DNA of 64,000 nucleotides, from the NCBI GenBank assembly GCA_951406725.2, contig OX597843.1, positions 17,174,001-17,238,000 on the forward strand. Direction: 5' to 3'. Source of the stretch: Octopus vulgaris. Its lineage: Eukaryota. A program made the position numbers and the translations under genes. The notes under the pieces were generated by a model. It ran no database searches, was not told the origin of the DNA, and worked only from the letters and a program-made list of their open reading frames with translations. Positions 37,326 through 49,209 of the stretch are shown here, piece by piece (within the stretch, counting starts at the first letter, position 1; every line of letters starts with the position of its first letter).

Positions 37326-37792
37326 CCCTTTCATTACCAACCCGGATGAATCCAGCTCTGACTCTGAGAACAAATGTCTTGTTTTCATAAGTTTTGAATT
37401 AAAATCTTCCACCAAACCTTAGTCACAATTTATGTTCCTAACACTAGCTTAATGATAACCAACTATTTTACTAAATTCCTTTGTTTTATTTAAAATTAAT
37501 TGAAAGAAACACAGAACATTTCAATAGAAATATGGTAACAAAAGGGTTAAAGTCACCATGATATTTTTAACCCTTTCAATGCTAACCTGGCTCAAACTGT
37601 CTCTAGCTCTGTAGTACAAATGTTTTGTTTACATAAGTTTTGAATTAAAATCTTCCACCAAACCTTAGTCACAATTTATGTTCCTAAAACTAGCTGAATG
37701 ATAACTAAGTTATTTTACTAAATTCTTTGTTATATTTAAAATTAATTGAAAGAAACACAGAGCATCTCAGCAGAAATACAGTAACGAAAAGG
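37326..37792. mobile_element. Dimer of piggyBac-type MITEs
   Basis: TTAA-CCCTTT...AAAGGG-TTAA monomers (37326-37546 and 37571-37792) with a short spacer. The dimer recurs at about 48065-48846 and 62496-62800. Confidence 0.8.
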
Positions 37793-37945
37793 TTAAGCTA
37801 GCTCCTTAGGTTCCATAACTTAGCAACTCAATAAACAGGGCACGACAAATTAAGTACAACATAGTGATAAATACTAGGATCGATATGATCAACTAAACCC
37901 TTTTTATTAGTTTTTTGGTAGGGTTGCAGTCTAAGGACTGGCAAA

Positions 37946-38380
37946 TCATCATCATTTAACATCCGCTTTCCATGCTAGCAGGGGTTGGACGATTTGAGTG
38001 AGGTCTGGCAAACCAGACTCCAATCTGATCTGGCAGAGTTTCTACAGCTGGATGCCCTTCCTAACGCCAACCACTCCGAGAGTGTAGTGGGTGCTTTTAC
38101 GTCCCACCGGCACAAGGGCCAGTTTGGTGGTACTGGCAATGGCCACGTCCAAATGGCGCTTTTTATGTGCCACCTGCAGAGGAGCCAGTCCAGTGACACT
38201 GGCGAAGTCCTTGCTCAAATGTTTCACGTACCACCAGCACAAGTGCTAGTAAGGCGACGCAGTAACGATCACGCACGAATGGTGTGCTTAACGTTCCACC
38301 GGTATGAAGGCCAGTTTGTTGCCCAGGTAATGATCTCACTCGTACGGTACTCTTAGTGCTCCACTAGCAACGGATGTCGG
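37946..38380 (-). mobile_element. RTE 3'-UTR copy
   Basis: Identity to the RTE UTR family; lies 30 nt from the C2CD3 donor. Confidence 0.85.
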
Positions 38381-38410
38381 TCACCAAGGAAAAGAATAAA
38401 ACTCACTCAC

Positions 38411-39338
38411 CATCACTGTCTTGTAGGTTGACATGGCAGTGTTTATCCTCACGGCTCTCATGGACTGCTCCAAGTCAGGAAGGGGCAAGAAGAAATTAGT
38501 GGAGGCCAGACGGCTGAGGGGGGCAGTTTTTGAAGGAAATGCTTTGGTTTGGTTGACCGTCGAGGCTGCATTGGTGTGACAAGGTTCAAGAACTGCTGAC
38601 GCATCGAAAGCAACATTACTGCCCATAATATTGCTGGTGGTGGTCATGTGGAGCGGTAGCGGTTGTGGATGGGAGAAATGGGACGGAACAGTTTGTAAAG
38701 GCTGTGAATAAGGCCCTTGGAGTTGCTCAGGTTTCGCAGTGTCTGGAATCGGTCCCTGTAGAGACGTGGTTTCTCTCTGCAGCACAAAATGACTGTCATC
38801 TGGCATCCCTGAAGGGGTTTGACTTGCGGATCCCTCATGTTTATAGGGCTCCACAAAAGGGGTCTCATTTTGCAATGTTACTGATAAAGAGGACTCAGCT
38901 AATGAAGACAAAAACATTGGACCCGTTGTATTGTCAGGGGACAGCAAAGATAGGTTGGCATCCTCAAAGGACCCGTGCTGAAGTGCTGCGTTTTCAGAGC
39001 AAATGAGTGGTGTTGAGATGACTGTGGGGGTGGTAGTGTGAGCAGTGGTGGCTGTCGTGATGGCATTAACAGTGTTGGAGGTAGTAGCCGCATCAGTGGG
39101 GATGGTAGTAATGCTAGTGGTGGTGGTGGTGGTGGTCATCTCAGTGAATTTGAAGAGATGGTCTTTAAAATGTCCGGCTATTCTATGGAAGTCCGCAAGG
39201 ATCTCCTCTGTTTGAAACTCGTGCAAAGAATTCTGAGTACAAGAGTTATCAGGAATAACCAGGTGGCAGCACTGGTTGTTGCTGTTGTTCTCGTTGTTAG
39301 GGTGAGGGTATTGGTGCTGGGAATGTGGTTGTTGCTGC

Positions 39339-39369
<31 letters not shown>

Positions 39370-40496
39370 GGTTGTAGCGGGTAGCATCGTCGCTTGACAC
39401 TATCTGGACAATAGCCGAAGGATCATCGAAGTGGTACTGGCTCCCTTCTTGGATAGATGACACATCGTTCACCAGACGGGGAACAATAATGCTTCCTTCC
39501 TCCTCCTCCTCATCATCATCATTGTAATCTTTTTCATCATCATCATCATCATCAACATCCTCATTACCACCACCACCATCATCATCATTATCATCATCAT
39601 CGTCGTCATCACTGTCATCTCCCAAGACGATGACATTGTCGGAGTCCGCCAGATCCGGTTTGTGCTCATAATCAAACCCCGACTCCACTGTTCTGTCACA
39701 ATCGTTGCCCTTATTGTTGTTTTCTGTGTCTGCAGCTGGAGAGATCCCTGGATCTAACTCCAGACTGATCCCAGCACCTCCACGAACGGAACATTCCGGA
39801 TCCCCTTCGCCACCGGTGGGTGTGGGGGTGGAGAGCAACTCGGTGAGAAGTGCCATGCTCTTCTTTTGTTGAAGGTTCTCTTTGGAAAGAGTCTGTTGTT
39901 GGTGCTGATGTGGTGGTGGTGATGGTGGTGGTGGTGGTGATAAAGCTTGACCAAAAGAGGCAGAACCCCTTTCCCCTAGCAGAGGGTCCACACCAAAACT
40001 CTGGGATTGTCTAGAGTCAGAAGTAATGACCCTGTTGCTTCTTAGAGTCCCAGGGTTTGTACTAGTGTGCGGCAATGACATTATCACAGGGGAAGGGCTC
40101 AGCTCTGACCCCTTGTTTAACTCAATATTCTCCTTCTCTCCAGCTTCCTCATCAGAGGTTACGTCCAGTAAATCAACAGCATCTCTTTGTGATGCTGAAG
40201 ATGTGTCCTGCAGTGAAGACAAAGTGAAATCTGATTGGCTGGTTGGGATAGAAAACAGATTCTTCTTACACTTGTGGCTTTTGTTGCTGTTACTGTTGTT
40301 GTTGTTGTTGTTGTTGAGGGAACTGGATTTTGTTGTAGTAGTTGTTGTTGTTGTTGATGTTAATGTTGGTGGTGGAGGTGGAGGTGGCGCCACAGTTTTG
40401 TATCGAGCAGCAGCAGCAGCAACAGCAGCAGAAATGTTTGGACTGAGTTTAGACAGGAGGGCGTGGTTCATCTGGTCAAGCTCCATCATCTGCTCC
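38411..40496 (-). CDS. C2CD3: C2CD3 penultimate giant exon (2086 nt)
   Basis: Acceptor CTCTTTTTCAG|G (phase 2), donor ATG|GTGAGT (phase 0). Begins (R)EQMMELDQM and ends TNFFLPLPDLEQSMR, the C2CD3 NFFLP motif; rich in homopolymer runs. Confidence 0.88.
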
Positions 40497-40714
40497 CTGA
40501 AAAAGAGAAAGAGATGTGAGAGAGATCTATAGATAGATGAGAGAGAGAGAGAAGGAGAGAGAGAGAAGGAGAGAGAGAGAGGTGACAGATTTATAGATAG
40601 ATAAGGAAGGAGGCATATAAATGAGAGATTTATAGATAGATAAGGAGGGAAAGAGAGAAAGAGAGGAATATATGAGAGATTTATAGGTAGATAAAGGGAA
40701 AGAGAGAGAGAAAA

Positions 40715-41660
40715 TTATATTTACAAAGTAATTTCACGTCAAAGTTGTCCTATTTCGGTAATTTCAACCAATCAATGACGTGTATTCAGCTGAATAAAAC
40801 TTATATTTACGAAGTAATTTCACGTCAGTCGTCCTATTTCGGTAATTTCAACCAATCAATGACGTGTATTCAGCTGAATAAAACTTATATTTACGAAGTA
40901 ATTTCACGTCAAAGTAATCCTATTTCGGTAATTTCAACCAATCAATGACGTGTATTCAGCTGAATAAAACTTATATTTACAAAGTAATTTCACGTCAAAG
41001 TTGTCCTATTTCGGTAATTTCAACCAATCAATGACGTGTATTCAGCTGAATAAAACTTATATTTACGAAGTAATTTCACGTTAAAGTAATCCTATTTCGG
41101 TAATTTCAACCAATCAATGACGTGTATTCAGCTGAATAAAACTTATATTTACGAAGTAATTTCACGTCAAAGTTGTCCTATTTCGGTAATTTCAACCAAT
41201 CAATGACGTGTATTCAGCTGAATAAAACTTATATTTACGAAGTAATTTCACGTCAAAGTTGATCCTATTTCGGTAATTTCAACCAATCAATGACGTGTAT
41301 TCAGCTGAATAAAACTTATATTTACGAAGTAATTTCACGTTAAAGTAATCCTATTTCGGTAATTTCAACCAATCAATGACGTGTATTCAGCTGAATAAAA
41401 CTTATATTTACGAAGTAATTTCACGTCAAAGTTGTCCTATTTCGGTAATTTCAACCAATCAATGACGTGTATTTAGCTGAATAAAACTTATATTTACGAA
41501 GTAATTTCACGTTAAAGTTGTCCTATTTCGGTAATTTCAACCAATCAATGACGTGTATTCAGCTGAATAAAACTTATATTTACGAAGTAATTTCACGTCA
41601 AAGTCGTCCTATTTCGGTAATTTCAACCAATCAATGATGTGTATTCAGCTGAATAAAATT
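40715..41660. repeat. About 86-bp tandem array (about 11 copies) derived from a MITE subterminal arm
   Basis: Unit TTATATTTACGAAGTAATTTCACGTCAAAGTTGTCCTATTTCGGTAATTTCAACCAATCAATGACGTGTATTCAGCTGAATAAAAC; single inverted copy at about 41850-41940. Confidence 0.95.
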
Positions 41661-42065
41661 ACAGCCGTTGTTTGTCAACAACAGCTATCGGCGGTGTATT
41701 TTTCATTTGTCATGGTTATTTATGACATCGTTCGTGCGTTTGTACTGGTTTTAGGGTTAGGGTTAATGTTTTAGAGTTAGGGTTGTCATAAATAACAGTG
41801 ACAAACGAAATATACACCGCCAGAAGTTGTTGCTGACAAAAAACAGCAGTAATTTTATTCAGCTGAACACACGTCATTGATTGGTTGAAATTACCGAAAT
41901 ACGAGAACTTTAACGTGAAATAACTTCCTAAATATAAGTTTTTCTCAAAAAATGCTAAGAGTAAAAGATGTTTCATATGACACATTTTACCAGTGTCCAA
42001 AGTTTGAAAGTGTTTAGTTACAAAAAATTATTTTTTAAATCTGTCGGTCAAAAGGTAAAGATCCC
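41575..42065. mobile_element. MITE related to the 18199-19027 element (right end only)
   Basis: Ends ...AAAGATCCC, shares the AAAGTGTTTAGTTAC subterminal motif and a central TTAGGG tract; internal foldback. Confidence 0.65.
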
Positions 42066-42609
42066 AACCATATTGGTTGACTGTGTTAGTTCAACCTGTG
42101 TTGGTTTAACAGTCGGTCATTGAACAGTGAATAGTATCGTACCTATTTTCGAGAAACACAGAGTGTGTTCTGTGTTAACATACATTTCTGCGATAGGTTA
42201 TTCTTATATAACCACAACCATCTATTTTTCTTTCTCGAGCCATGCCTGGCTCATAAGGGCCGGTTTCCTGGTTTCCTTGGCATACAGGTTCCCCACCTGG
42301 ATGGGACACCGGTCCGTCGCAGGTGAGCCACAAGATGCAGGAGGAAAGAGTGAGAGAAAGTTGTGGCAAAAGAGTCAGCAGAAGTTTTGCCATTACCTTC
42401 TGCCAGAGCCGTGTGGAGCTTAGGTGTTTTCGCTCATAAACACAGACATCGCCCGGTCTGAGATTTGAACCCGCGATCTCTCGACCGCGAGTCTGTTGCT
42501 CTAACCACTAGGCCATGAGCCTCCACACCATCTATTTATTTGTGGAATACCATTTTACACCAGACGTGTATATTCACATCATAGCATTAGGTAAAAGATG
42601 AAAGAAGAT

Positions 42610-43378
42610 CAAAATCAAAATCAATTCGATGACTGGTATCCATGCTAGCAGGGTGCAAAGAGCACCATATGAGTGTGATCGTTGACAGAGCGGCTATTCG
42701 AGTATGATCGTTACCAGCGTCGCCTTACTGGCACTCATGCTTGTGCTAGTAGGGTGCCAAGAGCAGCCAACTGGCTTCCGTACCCGTGGCACGTAAAAGG
42801 GCACCATTCGAGCATGATCATTACCAATGACCTCGCTCGCTCGAATCTTTTTACACGTGCCACTGGCACAGGTGCCAGTGGCACGTGTAAAAAGATTCGA
42901 GCGAGGTCATTGCCAGTACCGCCTGACTGGCCCCTGTGCCGGTGGCATGTAAGAAGCAACCACTACACTCTCGGAGTGGTTGGCGTTAGGAAGGGCATCC
43001 AGCTGTAGAAACCCTGCCAGATCAAGATTGGACCCTGGTGCAGCCATCAATCAAATCGTCCAACCCATGCCAGCAGGGAAAGCGGACATTAAATAATGAT
43101 GATGATGATATATATATAAATAAAGCACTATCCAAACGTAGCCGATGCCAGCGCTGCCGGACTGGCTCCTGTGCCAGTGGCTCATAAAAAGCACCATCCG
43201 AATGTTGTCAATGCCAGCTCCCTCGTCCCGACTGGCTTTTGTGCCGGTGGCACATAAAAAGCACCCATTACACTCAAGATTGGAGCCTGGTGCAGCCATC
43301 TGGTTCGCCAGTCCTCAGTCAAATCGTCCAACCCATGCCAGCATGGAAAGCGGATTTTAAACGATGATGATGATGATG
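42610..43378 (+). mobile_element. Two RTE 3'-UTR copies
   Basis: GGTTGGCGTTAGGAAGGGCATCC motif and (GAT)n tails at about 43100 and 43370. Confidence 0.85.
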
Positions 43379-43398
43379 ACAAAACCTCAACTACTCAC

Positions 43399-43610
43399 CT
43401 GAGCTTCACTTTGAGGTCCCCTTGGGCCGAGGCAGTAAACTGGAAGGTTGGAAGTTCTAATGCCAGGGTGTTCCTGGCAGACATTTGGCTCTGCTGCTTC
43501 AACATTTCGTGGTGTCGCTTCACGTTCTCATAGTGTTCTTCAAAGTGGGGTAACTTGGTGTTGCTGGTGGTGGCGGTCATGGATGGACATTTTGCGGACA
43601 CTTGCTTCCC
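43399..43610 (-). CDS. C2CD3: C2CD3 exon
   Basis: Acceptor (CAT)nACAG| (first AG after a long AG-free stretch), donor AG|GTGAGT; phase 0 to 2 fits both neighbours. Encodes GKQVSAK...HFEEHYENVKRHHEML...KVKL(R). Confidence 0.78.
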
Positions 43611-43998
43611 CTGTATGATGATGATGATGATGATGATGGGTGGGTTGGAGGGGGAGTGGTGATGGGGTAGTAGAAGAATGGTGGGATGGTCGTGGTTGGG
43701 GTGGAGAGAGAAAATAATTTTGAAATGTTAAACAATTATTATAATTTGATTTACATACTCTCTCTCTCTCATTGACTCTCTCTCTCTACCTACCTTCTCT
43801 CTCCTCCCTATCAACCTCTAGTTATATATATATATATTATATTAGAAAAAAGCCACCTTTTATCAATTCAAAATGAACAATTAAATTACACCATCCAGAA
43901 AATTACATACAATAGAAATATTAAAATTAAAATAACAATAAAATGTCAAAGATTAAGTAAATAGCAAAAAAAAAAAAATAATAATAACGTATATAAAT

Positions 43999-44039
<41 letters not shown>

Positions 44040-44134
44040 AATTCCTGCCCAAGGGCTAAAACCTATGGCCACTAACAATGTGCTGTATTAAAACCGAACA
44101 AAACAGTTTATTTAACAAGACAGCCCTTGTAAAG

Positions 44135-44212
44135 TCATCTGATGAGACACTACTGCACTGAGGGATGCCCCAAAAGGGATTGATGCAAGATGGGTCGAAA
44201 CAATCGTTATGA
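44135..44212 (+). ncRNA. Type I hammerhead ribozyme motif in a Penelope-like LTR remnant
   Basis: TCAT-CTGATGA-GAC...GTC-GAAAC-AATC-GTT-ATGA: stem I TCAT/ATGA, extended stem II; AATAAA at 44215. Confidence 0.62.
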
Positions 44213-45081
44213 GTAATAAAGTTTCTCGTGTTTTCCATTTTTTGTCTCCATTATTTGTTTTCAAATAAATAAATTTTTAAGAAATCGATTTTCGGATGTT
44301 GGGCAGCTGTGCATACAATTACTGTGGCAGCATCTGGCAAAGCAGGCCTCCTTCAGACCCAGGCATCCACTGCCTGCCCCTGTCTCTCATTCAGTCACTT
44401 TCAAGCATCATATATATATATATATATATACATATATACGACAGGCTTCTTTCAGTTTCCGTCTACCAAATCCACTCACAAGGCATTGGTCGGCCTGGGG
44501 CTATAGAAGACACTTGCCCAAGGTGCCACGCAGTGGGACTGAACCCGGAACCATGTGGTTGGTTAGCAAGCTACTTACCACACAGCCACTCCTGCGCCTA
44601 TGCTCATAAGTCTAGGAGAAGGTGTATATATCTAATTCCTGCCCAAGGGCTAAAACCTATGATCACTAATAACATGCTGTATTAAAACCAAGTGATGCAG
44701 GGTTTATTTAACAAGGTACCCCTTGTAAAATCCCCTGATGTGGTTTTGATCTTGGACTGGGTGATGCGTTGTGACCTTGAGCAAGACACTTCATTTCACA
44801 TTGCTCCAGTCCAGTCAGCTGGCAAAACTGAATAATGTTGCAATGGGACACTGGTCCGTCCAGTAGGGAGTATATAAGCCAAAGAATCCAGGTAACCAAC
44901 ATTATGAGCCCATGGCTCAGGGGTCACCTCTGATCCTTTTGATGTATTTGATATACATGGATGAGTGTGTGTGTGTATGGTTCAGAAAAGATCCAATCAT
45001 TTTGCTATATATGGATGCGTGTGTGTATGTGTGTGTGTGGTTGGGTGTGTATGTATGTCAGTTTGGGTATGGTTCAGGTTT

Positions 45082-45670
45082 GATCATCATCATCATCATC
45101 GTTTAGCGTCCGCTTTCCATGCTAGCATGGGTTGGACGGTTCGACTGGGGTCTGGGAAGCCAGAAGGCTGCGCCAGGCCCAGTCTGATCTGGCAGTGTTT
45201 ATACAGTTGGATGCCCTACCTAATGCCAACCACTCCGTGAGTGTAGTGGGTGCTTTTTACGTGCCACTGGCACAGGTGCCAGACGAGGCTAGCAAACGGC
45301 CACGATCGGATGGTGCTTTTTATGTGCCACCGGCACGGAGGCCAGTCAGGGCGGCACTGGCAACGTCCACGTTCAGATGGTTCTTTTACGTGCCACCGGC
45401 ACTGGTATCACAGGTACAATTTCCATTGATGTTGATCGATTTTGATTTTGATTTCCACTTGCCTCAACAGGTCTTCACAAGTAGAGTTTTATGTCCCAAG
45501 AAGGAAAGGTATGCATAGGTGGGCTGGCTACGTCCCAGGTAGAGGCCATGGGTTATGGTCTCACTTGTCCTGACGGGTCTTCCCACGCACAGCATACTTC
45601 CAAAGGTCTTGGTCTCTGGTCATTTCCTCGGTGAGACCTAAAGTTCGAAGGTCATGCTTCACCACCTCGT
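45082..45670 (-). mobile_element. RTE 3' end including ORF C-terminus
   Basis: Reverse complement of about 9023-9608. Confidence 0.9.
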
Positions 45671-45716
45671 TTTATATATATGGACGTGTGTGTTTGAGTG
45701 TGCATGTTAGTGAATG

Positions 45717-45763
<47 letters not shown>

Positions 45764-45928
45764 GTGTGTGTGTGTTTGAATATACCAGACTGAAATGAGT
45801 CTTGATGTTGATTAACTGAAACCCTTGAAGGTTGTACTCCAGTATGGCCACTGTCCAGTGCCTGAGAAAAGTTTTTAAAAAAACCCAAAAAGGCAAATAA
45901 AAAGAAAACAAGGTGAAACGTGACTTAC

Positions 45929-46000
45929 TGCTTGCTGTGCCAGGTGAGTGGTGAGGCGGCGCCAGTAATGGTCCATTGATTCCATGGGTGTCACACTTAA
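45929..46000 (-). CDS. C2CD3: C2CD3 exon (72 nt)
   Basis: GATCAG| acceptor, |GTAAGT donor, phase 0 to 0. LSVTPMESMDHY continues the last C2 strand (vertebrate VAVSPLES). Confidence 0.82.
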
Positions 46001-46144
46001 CTGATCGAACAACACAATGTCACAGGTAGATGGGCAGACAGGGGGGGTCAGGTGAGAAAAAGAGAGAAAAATCAAGAATCAGGAAATCAATCAATTATTT
46101 ACTCAAACAGATCAATATTTCCTACACAACTATCTCTCTTACCC

Positions 46145-46526
46145 TCTTTTACTTCTTTCAGTCATTTGATTGTGGCCATGCAGGAGCACCACCTTTATTC
46201 GAGCACATCGACCCCAGGATTTATTCTTTGTAAGCCCAGTACTTATTCTATCCGTCTGTTTTGCCGAACCGCTAAGTGACGGGGACGTAAACACACCAGC
46301 ATCGGTTGTCAAGCGATGTTGGGGGGGACAAACACAGACACACAAACGTATATATATACATATACACGACAGGCTTCTTTCAGTTTCCATCTACCAAATC
46401 TACTCACAAGGATTTGGTTGGCCCAAGGCTATAGTAGAAGACACTTGCCCAAAGTGCCATGCAGTGGGACTGAACCCAGAACCATGTGGTTCGAAAGCAA
46501 GCTATTACCACACAGCCATTCCAGCG

Positions 46527-46572
<46 letters not shown>

Positions 46573-47566
46573 TATGACAGGCTTCTTTCAGTTTCCATCT
46601 ACCAAATCCACTCACAAGGATTTGGTCGGCCCGAGGCTATAGTAGAAGACACTCGCTCCAAGGTGACACACAGTGGGACTGAACCCGAAAGCATGTAGTT
46701 CATAAGCAAGCTACTTACCACACAGCCACTCCTATGCCTAACTCTATAATTTCTTCATTATTAAACCAACAAAGAAGGCCTCTACACAGTTACTGAACTT
46801 GTTAAAAATAACACACAATATTCCCTCAAATTGCATCCTGTCATCTTAATTAAAGACAGATGCATTTGTTAATGTAGTTTGTAATATACAGAAAGAGGGG
46901 ATGATCACAGCCGGAATGTCTTTGATCTGATATCTGCTCAGTCAGAGCCAACTTGGAGTTAAACAATAATCACAACACCACCAACAGATTAGATCAGTGG
47001 TTCCTAATCTGTGGTTCGCAAAAGTACTACTGGGGGTCCGTGAACATGTTAACCCTTTCGTTACCGTATTTATTTTGAGATGTGGCTGTTTCTGACAAAA
47101 AAAATTTCGCTTTCATGTAAAATAGCTATATTTTGTAGTCACGGCTGTGTGGTAAGTAGCTTGCTCACCAACCACATGGTTCCGGGTTCAGTCCCACTGC
47201 GTGGCATCTTGAGCAAGTGTCTTCTGCTATAGCCCCGGGCCAACCAATGCCTTGTGAGTGGATTTGGTAGACGGAAACTGAAAGAAGCCTGTCGTATATA
47301 TGTATATATACATATATGTATGTGTGTGTATGTGTTTGTGTGTCTGTGTTTGTGTGCCTGTGTTTGTCTCCCTATCATTGCTTGACAACTGATGCTGGCG
47401 TGTTTACGTCCCCGTCACTTAGCGGTTCGGCAAAAGAGACCGATAGAATAAGTACTGGGCTTACAAAGAATAAGTCCCGGGGTCGATTTGCTCGACTAAA
47501 GGCGGTGCTCCAGCATGGCCGCAGTCAAATGACTGAAACAAGTAAAAGAGTAAAAGAGTAAAGAGT
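46145..47566. mobile_element. SINE A double-headed (-, about 46145-46740) and SINE A (+, about 47141-47566)
   Basis: Identity to family A; inverted pair. Confidence 0.85.
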
Positions 47567-48106
47567 ATTATCCCTAATCTACTCCCAAGACACTTCAGTA
47601 GCTCTACTTTGCATCGCTTGCAAACTTATATGTTTTATGATCATTAAAATGCAATGACCTCCACAATAACATCATCATCGTTTAACGTCCGCTTTCCATG
47701 CTAGCATGGGTTGGACAGTTCGACCGGGGTCTGGGAAGCCAGAAGGCTGCACCAGGCTCGTCTTATCTGGCAGTGTTTCTACAGCTGGATGCCCTTCCTA
47801 ACGCCAACCACTCCGTGAGTGTAGTGGGTGCTTTTTACGTGCCACCTGCACAGGTGCCAGGCGAGGCTGGCAACGGCCACGGTCGGATCTGTGTATTTTA
47901 TGTGCCACTGGCACGGAAGCCTTCAATTTGACTTTCCATTCCCAGGTTAATCGGAAACTTATATTGCCGTGCTACTCATAAACTTTCTTGGTTGTTCAAT
48001 TATTTGGTGAAAAAATACCACCAAAGCAACTTAAACCGTCCAAAGGATGGGTGTGTTTGCTGGTTTTAAATATAACAAAGAATTTATTAAAATAACTTAG
48101 TTATCA

Positions 48107-48462
48107 CTAGCACTATGACCCGGCGTTGCTAGTGCATGCATATACAGCTGCGTGCGTGTGCACATACACACGAGTACTGTCCAAATCTCCGACCAATCAC
48201 ATACAGCTAGCTGGCATTCAATTGGCGTATCAAGTTTCATGCATTTTGATTGGGTTTTGGACAGAAAATTCACAAAAAAGTCACTTCTATTGATTTTTTT
48301 AATGGCTTTGCGGGGTGACTGGGGAAATGTAAAGATGTGCATGACCACCCTTGGACAGTTTTGAATTACCATAGAAGGTGCGAGCCCTCTAACTGAAAAC
48401 TTGTGGATTTGTATAAAGGACACACACACACACAGACATTTTGCCGTTTATATATAGAGAGA
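48107..48462 (-). mobile_element. Short non-autonomous Helitron inserted in a piggyBac MITE
   Basis: Minus strand starts TCTCTCTATATATAAACGG and ends AGCAACGCCGGGTCATAGTGCTAG. Sits between A48106 and T48463; removal restores AGTTATCA|TTAAGC as in the intact MITE copies. Confidence 0.88.
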
Positions 48463-49081
48463 TTAAGCTTGAGTTAGGAACATAAATTGTGACAAAGGTT
48501 TGGTGGAAGATTTTAATTCAAAACTTTTGAAAACAAGATATTTGTACTCAGAACCAGAGGTGGTTTCAAAGCCGGGTTGGGTTAAAAACGAAAGGGTTAA
48601 AAATATCATAGTGACTTTAACCCTTTTGTTACCATATTTCTTTTGAGATTTTCTGTGTTTCTTTCAATTAATTTTAAATATAACAAAGAATTTAGTAAAA
48701 TAACTTAGTTATCATTAAGCTAGTTTTAGGAACATAAATTGTGACTAAGGTTTAGTGGAAGATTTTAATTCAAATCTTATGAAAACAAGACATTTTGTAC
48801 TTCAGAGCCAGCGGCAGTTTCAGGAAGGTTGATAATAAATGAGTTAAGTTATACGGTATGGTCACATAATTAACAATCATACAGTATACTCAATGTCTTT
48901 ATAATTAAGGACCATTCTGACGATAGGAGGGGCAGGTGTGGCTCTGTGGTTAAGAAGCCTGCCTTCTCAACTGAGTGGTTTTGGGTTCAATCTCAGCATT
49001 TGGCAATCAGGGTCAAGGGAGAGTAGGGGCTGAGGAGTCAGGGGGTTGGAAGTGAAAAGGGGTTCCTGAGGCTGTACTGAC

Positions 49082-49209
49082 CTTTACCTGTCCTCGACAC
49101 TGACCACCAAAATCCATGATGTTGTACCAGCCACAGAGCTGGTGTAACCCGGAGACAAGTGGCACAAGGTCGACAGATATGTACCCAATGACCTGGTCAC
49201 ATGATTTAC
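49082..49209 (-). CDS. C2CD3: C2CD3 exon (last C2 domain)
   Basis: DQVIGYISVDLVPLVSGLHQLCGWYNIMDFGGQCRGQVK is highly characteristic of C2CD3; phase 1 to 0; TTCTTTCAG| acceptor and |GTCAGT donor. Confidence 0.93.

Noticed and set aside
29315-40496. Joining the 702-aa ORF to the zinc-finger exons as one gene
   Set aside because: The giant exon splices in phase to 36901-36707, which carries the C2CD3 C-terminal motif and stop; the ZNF gene is separate.
41750-41785. TTAGGG repeats as an interstitial telomere (also about 18301 and 27587)
   Set aside because: Only 2-4 degenerate units, and at 41750 and 18301 they are internal to a MITE family.
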